Shown here: positions 27,193 to 38,672 of the stretch, piece by piece | How positions within the stretch are numbered: the stretch's first letter is position 1 | Layout: every line of letters begins with the position of its first letter | Origin: Octopus sinensis | Taxonomy: Eukaryota | DNA length: 64,000 nt | Assembly (NCBI RefSeq): GCF_006345805.1 | Contig: NC_043014.1 | Location: 19,654,001 to 19,718,000 of the forward strand | Direction of reading: 5' to 3' | Notes under the pieces: model-generated | Seen by the model: only the letters and a program-made list of their open reading frames with translations | Database searches by the model: none | Told to the model about the DNA's origin: nothing | Position numbers and translations under genes: made by a program

Positions 27193-27463
27193 GAGTAGTT
27201 GTATAATGTCAACTTAATGTGACAGTCCCATGAAGGGAATTACACTACTGCTATTTAGCCCTTGATTACGAGCAAAGACTCCGAAACTAGTCTTTGACTG
27301 TAGGGCTAGCTAGGTGGAGGTACTTATCTCCCCCTTTTAAACATAAGAACACAGGAATTGTGTCAAGGCCGACAGGAAGCGTTGCTGCTTCCTAGGGCTA
27401 AATTGCAGTAGTGTGTTTCCCTTCATAGTACTGTCACATTAAGTTGACAGTATATAACTACTC
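27193..27463. mobile_element. Non-autonomous inverted-repeat element (70-bp imperfect TIRs) with an internal decayed hammerhead-like motif
   Basis: 27193-27262 is the reverse complement of 27394-27463 with about 7 mismatches. Internal TTGATTA-CGAG..CTCC-GAAA-CTAG-TC at 27262-27292. Confidence 0.8.
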
Positions 27464-27464
27464 C

Positions 27465-27517
<53 letters not shown>

Positions 27518-27574
27518 CCATCTCTCTCTCTCCATATAATATATATTATATAATATATATATATATATATATGT

Positions 27575-27876
27575 GTGGGGCGTAATGGCCCAGTGGTTAG
27601 GGCAGCGGACTCGCGGTCGCAGGATCGCGGCTTCGATTGCCAGACCGGGCGTTGTGAGTGTTTATTGAGCGAAAACACCTAAATGCTCCACCAGGCTCCG
27701 GTAGGGGGTGGTGATCCATGCTGTACTCTTTCACCACTCTTTCTCCCACTCTTTCTTCTGTTGGCCTGCTTCCTTAGCCAGCGGGGTGGCGTCATTCGAA
27801 GGCTAAAACAATGCGAACGCATTGTGACCAGCGATGTGTAACTACATCTGATGGACTGGTCGGTCACGGTGACGGA
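27575..27876 (+). mobile_element. tRNA-derived SINE family C
   Basis: TGGCCCAGTGG (A box) and GCTTCGATTGC (B-box-like). The head is homologous to 53151-53303 (-) and 61875-61924 (-). Confidence 0.88.
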
Positions 27877-27880
27877 TATA

Positions 27881-27918
<38 letters not shown>

Positions 27919-27969
27919 ACATCGAAAAATACCTTAGGAATGAGAACCCAGATTCGAAATTTCCCCCAA

Positions 27970-28015
27970 GACACCTGATGAAAGCTGGAAGGTATATCAG
28001 CCGAAATGTTGTTTT
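27970..28015 (+). ncRNA. Minimal type I hammerhead-like motif, degenerate
   Basis: GACAC-CTGATGA(27975-27981)-AA-GCTG..CAGC-C-GAAA(28003-28006)-TG-TT-GTTTT. Stem III and stem I carry mismatches. Confidence 0.5.
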
Positions 28016-28074
28016 AACAACGAACAACTTGAGGACAAATATCCGTGAAATGTAAATAATGTAAATACATTTAA

Positions 28075-28280
28075 TATATTTTATATAATATTTTAAATCT
28101 TTTTTCTTTTTCCACTCTTCCCTTATATTATGTTACTTCCCTTATATTAAACGTTTTTTTTTTTAGCGTCTGTTGCCATTAATAGCCGACGAGAATATAT
28201 AATAACTCTCGGCTCACGCATTCGAAGCTCCGAGTACAATCTTTTACTGTTTGTTCTAATTTATAACAAGTTAAAGATAA
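28075..28280 (+). repeat. Dispersed repeat family E
   Basis: Shares GTCTGTTGCCATTAATAGCCGACGAGAAT with copies at 3280 and 26470. Confidence 0.7.
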
Positions 28281-28657
28281 TGGTCATTACATATCATTCC
28301 GTGTTAGAGCCAATTTGTCTTGCATCTGTTTCCAGAAGTCATTATTGAAACAATACTTATAGGTTTATTCAATTGATCTATTGATCAATTGAGATAAATT
28401 GAAAGACGCAACAAAATTAATGCTCCTTTCGTCAAAGCCATTTCTGGTTATAACAAGCAGAGCATTGAAGGAATAGCTATTGTGTGAGGTTGGTGGGAGA
28501 AGATGGGAGACAGGTTACAAAGGTGTGAAAGTCGGTAAGAGAATGGTACTGGAGTCACTTACTAGAGGTAGAGGCATTTTATTGCCAAATTTGGAAGAAA
28601 AACATATTAGTTTTTGTAGTCAGGTCAGCACGCCTGACCATACTAGAATTGTATATA

Positions 28658-28844
28658 GGTGTAGGAGTGGGTATGTGATAAGTAGCTTGCTTACGAACCG
28701 CATGGTCCGGTTCAGTTCCACTGCGTGGCACCTTGGGCAAGTCTCTCTGCTATAGCCTTGTGAGTGGATTTGCTTGAGAGAAACTGAAAAAAGCCCGTCT
28801 TATATATGTATAAATATACATACATATATATATATATAATATAT

Positions 28845-28905
<61 letters not shown>

Positions 28906-29479
28906 CGGGAAGGTTTACGAAAATAAACAAAAGACGATGGCAGGTGGAGTACAAACAAACAAATGTATTAGTATGGCGCTCAGGAATAGAAATACAACAA
29001 CTCTTTTAGGTTTCGAGCCTACACTCTTCGACAGAAAGATACACAGAAAAAAAAAACAAGGAGAGAAAAAAAATACGTGTAGGAGCTAACGATCCATCAT
29101 GGCGTTCTGACTTCGGGCAGAGTTCAGAGGTCAGACGCTAGAGGGACAGTAGGGGAGATAACAGGGTCAAGTGACTTCCAAATCGAAGGTGCCCCCAGCA
29201 CAAAGGTGCGCGTGTGTATAAGAGAGTATGTATGTGCGTGTGAAAGAGGGCTGGTGGTCTGGACGTGTGTATGTGTGTTTGTGTGGGTGTGGAGATGTGG
29301 GGATAGGTGTGTGGGTGGTGTGTTGTGATGTTATGTGTAATGTTCTATGGTGTAGGATAGTGTGGTGTGATGTTGTGGGGAGGTGGGGGCGAGAGTGGGG
29401 AAAGCCCAGGTGGGGTGTGGATTTGGCTGGGGGTTGGGGTAGAGTAGGGGTTGTGGGGAGAGTGAGAGGGGGAGAAGGA

Positions 29480-29514
<35 letters not shown>

Positions 29515-29745
29515 AGTATGTGTATGTGTATATATTTGTGTGTCTGTGTTTGTTCCCCAACATCGCTTGACAACCGATGCCGGTGTGTTTATGTCCCCGT
29601 AACTTAGCAGTTCGGCAAAAGCGACTGATAGAATAAGTACTAGGCTTACAAAGAATAAGTCCTGGATTCGATTTGCTCGACTAAAAGGCGGTGCTCCAGC
29701 ATGGCCACAGTCAAATGACTGAAACAAGTAAAAGAGAGAAAAGAG
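28658..29745 (+). mobile_element. SINE family B interrupted by a family P1 insertion
   Basis: Head at 28658-28800 and tail at 29520-29745, separated by (TA)n that contains 28903-29482. Confidence 0.8.
28903..29482 (-). mobile_element. Family P1 (copy 2, longest)
   Basis: 28903-29080 is homologous to 6476-6655. Hammerhead-like motif at 29003-29038. The copy extends into a GT-rich tract. Confidence 0.65.
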
Positions 29746-30367
29746 TACAGAGGTTAGATGTTCTCCGGCAATTGCGTTAAAATTTGATATGGGCTTTTCT
29801 TGGTCATGGTCAGTCTGAGACAGTAATGTTCCGTTTCTAATCTAGCATAGTCGGGGAATAAGGTTAGAAAATGGAAGTTTACCAATAGTAGTCATATTGT
29901 GGAGGTCATGAATGCTCTCATTGTCAGGATATAAGTTCTGATAGATTTAGAGATATGGTTACAAATGAGATGATGTCACTTCAAAATTGTTGAAAACTAA
30001 ATGTAAATTCTGGTTAACCTGATTAGTTAGGGATTCAAATTAAAATTAATAAAAGGGTTATGGATTAAAATTTTAGCTAAACTTCTATTTTCTAAATTTA
30101 GCATTAAAATAAACTAAGATATAGAGAATTAGAGGAAATTTGCAGTGTAATGTGTTATACCAAAACAATTAAGATGAAGGTGACAACAGATTATATGATA
30201 ATAAAAATAATAATACACAAATAATTATATATTACGTTATATAATTATATGTAAAATATAATTATATGTAAAATGGTCTTTTACATACTAAACACTACTT
30301 GGTAAAATTAGTTAATAATTAATTAGTTTTAGCCTTTTATTATTGACAAATACTTATATAAATATAT

Positions 30368-30748
30368 TGTAAAGTATAGAAGCCATCTTATCATGGCTAA
30401 CCACATTGGGGAGGGGGTGTTACTGTAGCTTTATAGCCCCAAGAGATCTTCGTCTCAAGCTGGCTTTCGACACAATATCTGTGTCCTTGGAGTATTTGCA
30501 AAGGGAAGCCATCCCTTCCTCGCAAGCCTGAATGATACGCTTGAACTAGTTTCGGGATTGTTGTCCCTCGTCAACGGGCGGTAACCACCAAGTAGCGATG
30601 AAAGAGAAGGCTCCTTTGCAAATAGATATAAGTTTTTATAATGGCGTCTACCACTGATGTCGAAAAACGAACAGTAAGCATAATTAAATCTCAGAATCTG
30701 CAAATAGATATAAGTTTTTCTATGATAAGATGGCTTCTATACTTTACA
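30368..30748. mobile_element. Non-autonomous inverted-repeat element (27-bp perfect TIRs) with an internal decayed hammerhead-like motif
   Basis: TGTAAAGTATAGAAGCCATCTTATCAT (30368-30394) and its exact reverse complement (30722-30748). A 21-bp direct repeat lies at 30617 and 30699. Minus-strand TTGACGA-GGGA..TCCC-GAAA-CTAG-TT at 30544-30574. Confidence 0.85.
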
Positions 30749-30901
30749 TTATCGAGCGATTACTGTTTCAATCTCATTCTGACATTTAATTATGCTTATA
30801 TAAATATAATATATATACATACATAGACATATACATACACACACATACACACGCACACACGCACCCCCCCACACACATATAAATATATATATATATATAT
30901 A

Positions 30902-31110
30902 GGGCGCCTAGCCGGCAGATTCATTAGTACGCCGAGCGAAATGCTTAGAGGCATTTCGTCTGCCGTTACGTTCTGAGTTCCAGTACCCACGAGGTCCATT
31001 TTGTCTTTCATCATTTGGGGGTCTATTAAATACGTACCAGTTACGCACCGTCGTCGATGTAATCGACTTTGTCCCTTTGTCTGTCCTTGTTTGTCGCCTA
31101 TAAGTTTACC
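30902..31110 (+). mobile_element. SINE family A
   Basis: Homology to 35159-35580 (GAAATGCTTAG..ATTTCGTCTGCCGTTACGTTCTGAGTTC). Confidence 0.8.
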
Positions 31111-31138
31111 TCCCCACCCCGTGGGCTATATATATATA

Positions 31139-31208
<70 letters not shown>

Positions 31209-31613
31209 TATTTGTGTTTTAAAGCTACCATTGGTTTCATGATAAGAAAAATATCTTTATATTTAAAAAAAATTTCAAACCGAACACATGGAGGAACGAT
31301 ATTTCTTTCCATTTTGGATGAAAATACAAGAAGTCTTGCGAAAAGAATGGAATTCACAAAAAATCTCGTAAAGGAAACAAAAAATCAAGGGGCTCTACTC
31401 TTCGATGACAACTTTTGTGTGATTATCTCCCCTTGTTTTGACATTTGGAAAAATATGTGTTAGATGATGAACTTGTTTGCCTTATATTATATTCTATATA
31501 TATGTAGTATTCGTATTTTTGTGTACTGAGGGGGTTCATCAGAGGGGCACGTTTCTTCTATGTGTGGAGTTCATGTGTTATATATATTCAATGTTAACAT
31601 TCAGGGAAAGAAA

Positions 31614-32075
31614 TTATCCTTGTGGGGTTGGCAGCGCGGGTAATGGTTCGTCTCTGAAGCGTCTGAGTGTGAAATATTGCCCGTGTATGCAGGGAGAGGA
31701 GGGTTCATCCCTAATATTTAAGATGGTTTCTGTTGACTGTAGGATATTTAGCTTTTCAGTGATGCGGACCTCAAATTTGGTACTCCACCATCTGTATTTT
31801 CAGGCTTTATCAATGATGCTCCATGCTATCTGAGGGTTGCGTACTCTCTCTTCTTTCAATGTCCATATCATTTTGCATAGGAATGACACATGTCTTTTAT
31901 TTTTATTCCTGAATGACGCCAGGTGTTGTGTGTATCTTTTCTTGACCGAGTTGCCCGTCATACCGATATACGTTTTATTACTCCGCTATGATCCATGATT
32001 TAGCACTTGCATATTAGTTCTTTTTCCAGACAGTTATTTACAGGACCGCAGTTTGGAGATCTACAACTTCCCCAA
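31614..32075 (-). mobile_element. Penelope-like element GIY-YIG endonuclease remnant, Naiad-like signature
   Basis: SCRSPNC..NNCLEKELICKC / KTYIGMTGNSVKKRYTQHLASFRN..IWTLKEE..IAWSIIDKA*KY..ITEKLNILQ..LNIRDE..PCIH, with the stop at 31614-31616. One frameshift and several stops. Confidence 0.8.
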
Positions 32076-32225
32076 TTATCACTCAGTGTTTCATGCAATC
32101 ACTCATCAGACGGTTTACGAAAAAAGTTCGTTTCTAAGTTTTTGCTATTATGTATTCGTATATATACATATAGATATAGGTATGTACATATATGTTTGGA
32201 TATATGCATATATTTATATGTTATT

Positions 32226-32265
<40 letters not shown>

Positions 32266-34343
32266 ATATTCATATAGCAATATGTTCACACACACACAGA
32301 CGGAGTTGTTGTTATTCCTGTTTTCTGGGAACTCTGATGTTCATCAAAGGGATTTTAGTTATTTAATGCATTTAGTTATTTAATGCCCTCTGAAGATGAA
32401 TATGTACTTATCATTGTTGTTGTTTTTGTGGTAGTGTTGGTGGGAGGTGAGTTGCTGTCGATGTTATGTTGGTGGTGTTGATGCTGTTCGAAGTGGTCTC
32501 GTTCTGGTCTTTGTGATGTTGCTCTTCTTGCTTGGTGGGTCTATTGTAGGAGGGTACATGTTACAATGGAGAGCGTTAGCGTGAAGAGAGTTGTACGATA
32601 TAATGGTGAACATGAAATACAAGTGACTAACGTAATCAAACCCATATAAATACTAACCAAGTACACGCATGAATACACATACATACAAGAAGTCAACCAC
32701 ACTCTGGCACATACATACGCATACATACGCAAGCACGCAAACACACTAATACACACTCAAATACCTTCAATAATAGAGGCATGTGCATATATATTTGTTG
32801 TGGCGAGAGTCATTGCCACCCCTGTGTGATTGGAAGAATGGAACAACCGATATCTTATAAAGAGTAGCGTATTGTTTGAGACAAAACAGTTGTAAGTATC
32901 GTGAACTTTTGGTTTTGACAATGTTTTTCTTGGTTACGTTAAAGTAATCGGTGATATTGTTAAAATTGTTAAAGGTCTCCCCTCGTAGGTGTACCACGTT
33001 TGTTCCTTGTTGGAATTCCTGTTTGTACAAATGAGTTTTTGTTGAATTGTGCTTTTTCTTCCCATTTATGAGAGAACCGGCCAAAAGAAGTGTAATGGAG
33101 ACTGAACCAGCGAAGAGCCACAGTTATGCGGCTGCAACTGGCAGAGGAATTGAAGTAGAAGATATGGAGGTTCGAGAAGTTAAAATTGAACCGAAAAAGT
33201 CGAAAGTGGTGCGCTGTCTGTTCTTGTATTGCTCCCTCTATGTATGAGCCTGAATGCGTAATAAAAGAAATAACAGTCGTAAGAGTAGTTGAGATTTTGT
33301 GGAAATCGTAGGAAGTCGTTGAAATCGTTGAGAGAGTTTCTATTTATTGGAGTATTGTGTTTAGTGAAAGAAGTACGTATGAAGACAATTGTGTTTATCA
33401 CCGCTTCGTGAAACAGAAGATCCAGCGTATAGAAGGATATAAACATATCAAATGCACTTAATTCATAACTGTTGTCATCTACACACGCATACGTAAACAC
33501 ATACTCGTACGCAAACAAGCACATACGCACATTAAACTGACGTGCAGACATACATGAGGTGGCGCTGAACATTTCCTATCATTACGGATATCGCGAAAGG
33601 CCTAGTTGGAAACCCGACCTTCCGAGTTCTACAGGGTTTATATATATGTCCTTAAGGACACTTAAGGACCACTGCAATAAGAGTGTGAATCTGAGAGAAT
33701 TGGTTGAAATAAATTGTAACTAGCTGGCCCTCCTATATTTTCATTTACCCAAAGCCAGGAACTTTTCAGTAAGTCTTAGTTCAGAGTTGTAGGCATTTAC
33801 ATCAACAGTAAACACATCGAGGTAACAACCAAATATCTTAATTGATGAGAGAACATCAGTGTGGTGGTGTAAACAGCTAGAAATAACAACCGAATCTCAA
33901 CTAGCAGGACTCAAATCACACATAAATATCTTTACCTTCTGGTGAAAGTTGACATATAAATACTTACTCTATAAAGAATAAAAGTAAAGGAGAAAGAAAA
34001 GTTTACGCTATATTCGTAGCTTAGAAATCTTAAAATGTCTGCTGGATCTGAACCTACCATTAACAAACGCACTAACGATTAGTTTTTCACATCTCTCATT
34101 ATTTATTATACGTATATACATGTGTTTGTGTATGTGTCAGTGTGTGTGCGTGTGTGCGTGCGTGTGTGTGTGCGTGTGTGTGTGCGTGTGTGTGTGCGCT
34201 ATTGACATAGAAAATACCGATGTTCAAGTTCACACAGCACAAAAGAAATTATGTTATAGGTCACACATAACCTCCAGCTACGTATAAAACAAATACATCT
34301 GTATACACACACTCGTACACACACGCACACCACACACACACAC

Positions 34344-34414
<71 letters not shown>

Positions 34415-34879
34415 ATGTGTGTATGCGTGTATGTATATGTATATGTATATATATATATGTATACATATATAGTTATGTGTGTATGTATGTATGTTTGTCG
34501 GTCTGTATGTATGTATATATACGTGTGTGTATATAATATGTGTGTGTGTTCGTATGTGTCTGTGTAGGAGAGGAAGGATAAGAAGCTACAATACTAAAAC
34601 CCTGACTCTTCTATGATCCTGCTATGTCTTGCCCGACCCCAGGTTACGTTTAGGGAAACTGACTGCCATTTTTCGCAGGTCAAGCGAACACTTAGTGGCT
34701 TATTGGTAGCTCATTAAAAAAAAGAAAAACCTAATTGACCCGTTTCAATATGTCAAACCGTTAAATTCGTCGCATTTCAACTCCTATTAATTAAAACCGC
34801 CACCTTTTGAAATGATATTCCTCCCGCTGTATAATCATCCACTTTTAAATAATGTTGGAGATATTTGACATAATATCAA

Positions 34880-35035
34880 GGTCACAAGTTTGGGGAGAAC
34901 GAATCGTCGATTAAATCGACCCTAGTATTTCGCAAGTCTTTATTTTATTGACCGTGCAAGGATGAAAGTGAAATTTGACCCGGCAGTAATAATAATCAGA
35001 ACGTTAATGGATGCAATTTAATATCCCAAGGCATT
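34880..35035 (-). mobile_element. SINE family A, degenerate partial copy
   Basis: GTCGATTAAATCGACCC..TTTTATTGACC..GGATGAAAG matches the reverse of family A. Confidence 0.55.
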
Positions 35036-35158
35036 AATTTCTCTTTCGATCGAATGATTTTTTCATCCAGCACCCTTATTATCAATTATAAACATTCCTA
35101 ATTTAGCAGAAAGACCACAAATTTAGAGAGAGGAAGCAGTCGATTATATTGACCCACT

Positions 35159-35580
35159 GGCCGGCGAGCTGGTAGAAACGTTAGCACACCGGGCGTAATG
35201 CTTAGCGGCATTTCGTCTGCCGCTACGTTCTGAGTTCAAATTCCGCCGAGGTCGACTTTGCCTTTCATACTTTCGGGTTCGATTAAATAAGTACCAGTTA
35301 CGTACTGGGGTCGATATAATCGACTTAATCCGTGTGTCTGTCCTTGTTTGTCCTTTTTTTTTTGCCCCTTCTGGGTAATAAAGAAATAGGTATTTTGTCT
35401 GCCGTTACGTTGTGAGTTCAAATTCCGCCGAGGTCGACTTTGCTTTTCACCCTTTCGGGGTCGATAAATTAAGTACCAGTTACGCACTGGGATCGATGTA
35501 ATCGACTTAATCCGTTTGACTGTCCTTGTCTGTCCCCTCTGTGTTTAGCCCCTTGTGGGTAGTAAAGAAATAAGTATTTC
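35159..35580 (+). mobile_element. SINE family A, head-to-tail dimer
   Basis: Full copy at 35159-~35390 followed by a second, headless unit at ~35389-35580. Confidence 0.9.
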
Positions 35581-36544
35581 ACTGGCACAGTGATTCAATT
35601 GCTCACTGGTACAATTGGAAGAATCATTAGTGTATGAGAAAAAAGCGTTGCCTTGTTATTTTTCTCGACACTATGCATTCTGTGTTCAAATCACATCGAG
35701 TTCCAATTTCCCTTCTAGTACTCTAGTGATAAGCAATATACCATCCCAACGCGTACGACTGACGAAATCTTTACCTGGATGAATTGCCTTGTAGTCTAAG
35801 TTCAAACCCCGCAATAGTCGTCTGCTTTTCAATCTTTTCAATTGATAAGTGACAGCCCAATGCATTTGCTTAGTGAAAATGTTAGCGTATCCGACTAGAT
35901 GCTTTGCAGTTATTGTTTGCAGTTCCGACACCTTCCACCGATGCAGAACGCACAGCATAAAACGAATGCATGTATATGAACATGCGTTGTGCTTTCATAT
36001 GTATATACACAAAGCGTATGAGAGTACAGTTTCTTCTCACAGAACATCCACGCTTAAGTGGGGATAAATATTACCTCACGGTATTAATAATGCCTCTGTC
36101 GCTAATAAATATATTTTTAGTCATGTCCTGAGTTCGATTTCAATAGACTATTCTTTCTTTTCTCTAAACTTTGAGAGCATGTATTAGAAAATATTGATAA
36201 TATTGTTTTATGATTAACACGCGTTTTTTAGTGTTGCGCCTTCAAAAATCTTAATGAATAGTTAATTGAAATATTCAATATAATAAAACAAGGTCGAGTA
36301 TTACACTTTAAGGATATGTAAGTATATTGAAGAAACGAAGGTCATTTTCTAGAACGTTCAACTTCCTCATATTCGGTTAGCTATCATTACTCGGAGAATA
36401 ATTAATAATAATGGGACGAGTGCCAGAATTGTTAGTGTAGTGAACTTAATGCCTTGAGATATTTAATTACCTCACTTTTTGGGCCGGAATTCTAACTGTT
36501 GCTGCAATTCACCACAGATTTTATTATTATAGCTTTTGTGATCA

Positions 36545-36565
36545 TCATTATATTATTATTATTAC

Positions 36566-36626
<61 letters not shown>

Positions 36627-36631
36627 GTTAT

Positions 36632-36677
<46 letters not shown>

Positions 36678-36710
36678 TGCTGTTGTTGTTGTTGTTGTAT
36701 TGCTGTTGCT
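36545..36710. repeat. (TTA)n-(GTA)n-(GTT)n compound microsatellite
   Basis: Seen directly. Confidence 0.95.
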
Positions 36711-36874
36711 CTTGTGAATACTAATATTAATATCATTGCAAATAATTAGTCAACCAAATAATCAATAGTTAATTAATCAGACGTATTTATTCATCAATGA
36801 GGAAGAGCCTTATTGATTTGTGGATAATACCACCTCTGCGAGATGCTTCTATGATAACAATAAGTTTCAAGTTA

Positions 36875-36975
36875 GTTGATCAACCTCTAAGAAATAGGGG
36901 TCAAATCTCTCTCAAATCACACTGTTACTTCATGGGATATGATACGTTGGATAATGTTGGCTAAGATCAACTGCA
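36875..36975 (+). repeat. Old dispersed repeat family F
   Basis: The AGAAATAG..AAATCTC.CTCAAATCACAC motif recurs degenerately at ~33875, ~37170 and ~59480 (-). Confidence 0.45.
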
Positions 36976-38099
36976 CACAGAATCTACGTGTGTTTATATG
37001 TTACTGTATGATTCTATTGAAGTTGATTCGTGTATTTACTGTGCTGAAGTCCAATTATAAGTCATGTTCATTCATGGAAATTTTATGATCATATATCTAA
37101 TCGATCAGATTCACAGGGTGTGAAACAACTGAAATAGGAGCGAGAGGGAGAAAGAGACTATGTGGTCGCTCGACCTTCGATAATTAGCAGCCACGTCTCT
37201 CTCGTATCACAAGTTACCATATTCAAATAAATGACGTATCGTAGACATAAGAAGACGGTGTGATCCGGGTAGCAAGGTCCGATTTTCTTTCGGGAAGGGT
37301 TTTGTTCGTCTTTTATATCACTTTTGCCCTCTTCAGTGCTTGTGGAATGATATAAGTGTAGATATTAAGTTGGAATAAAATGGGTTTTTCAAGCCAAGGA
37401 AATTGTACTTTTAGAGGTACGTAAGTGGCCTTGCAGCAGGAGTGGGATTGTGACCTTTGTTCAAGAGCACTAGAATCTTGAAGTAATTCCATTCAACTAA
37501 ACGCCACGTCTGTGTCTTGTGCCATCACTATACATGGCACAGTTACGAGTGTGTGCTAAGAATTACCTGGCTTTCGGTAATAAAAAAATACAGGAGGATC
37601 ATTTAATTATGATTTTATTTAACATATTCTCCTCTTAGTGTCACACACTTATTGTAATGTTCCTTCAGTTTTCTAAACCCTATAAAATAATTCGAAAGGT
37701 TGGGCCTCCAGCCAGGCCTTTCGCGACACCCTAAAAACCAAGAAATGTTCAGCACCCTCTTGTATTTGATAAATTTCATGTTATTCCCATCATTCCCTAC
37801 ATGTTTTCTTTTGTACCAGCCAGAGGCTAACGAACCTTCGCAAGCGACTTCAGACTTGCAATACACAATTTATTTGAAAAATGTGTTGATTAAAAGTAAT
37901 ATATAATTTAAAGCTTAATGAATCTTTATGATTAACAGATGAATTTAAAGTACCTTGTTCTGTTTTCAGAAAAATATTTATTGTAATTAAAGCAAACAAA
38001 AACCAGAACGTGAATCCTTCACCAAATTTAATTTTTCGAATTCTCTGACAGATTAGAAATGCAATACTGTTATTATTACCACCTTCTCTCAAAGGAGTA

Positions 38100-38480
38100 T
38101 GGAGCAATGTTACTACAACCAATTATAGTTGGGAGACAGAATGTTGAATTGTTGGTTTTAAGACCCCAGCATCAAGTGATATGCTCCGTCACAACAGGAG
38201 CTGTGACTCGTGATTTTGTGGTATTTGGGGTTAGCATCTGTTGATGTTGCTGTGCTATTATAGACGCACTGCCACTTCAATCTCTTCCTCGAATTCTTGG
38301 TCAGCTTCTGGTACTGATTTTAGGTGTTGTTAAAAAGTAGTTTTACAGTAGCAACTGCGTTTTCTGGGTTTTGTTGTCAAGGATTCTCTTGCTGTATTCC
38401 TCTATTTCCCTCTGTTGCACGTACGGGTAGCAACTCATCAAGTGATTTTTGCTGTAACACTTGTAACAATTAGGATAGTT
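38100..38480 (-). pseudogene. Probable retrotransposon ORF1/gag remnant with a CCHC-like zinc knuckle
   Basis: PNCYKCYSKNHLMSCYP at 38424-38468 (C-x2-C-x4-H-x3/4-C), followed by acidic segments interrupted by stops. Confidence 0.4.
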
Positions 38481-38623
38481 GCTTTCAATTACTAATCCTC
38501 TCTCTCTTTCCTTCCTCACCCATAACCAACATCAGTTTTGGTGACATATAGCTTCTGATAATAGTGACGGTGACCATAATGATAAGCACGGCAGCTTTAT
38601 AAACGATTATGATGCTGTTAATA

Positions 38624-38672
<49 letters not shown>

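Noticed and set aside
31800-31802. In-frame TGA in the Naiad-like endonuclease as possible selenocysteine
   Set aside because: The position is not a conserved Cys, CGA-to-TGA decay explains it, the copy has other stops and a frameshift, and I saw no SECIS-like hairpin.
32068-32116. Minus-strand CTGATGA-GTG/CAT-GAAA-CAC/GTG hammerhead-like string
   Set aside because: There is no proper NUH or stem I, and it overlaps the PLE coding linker, so it is probably coincidental.
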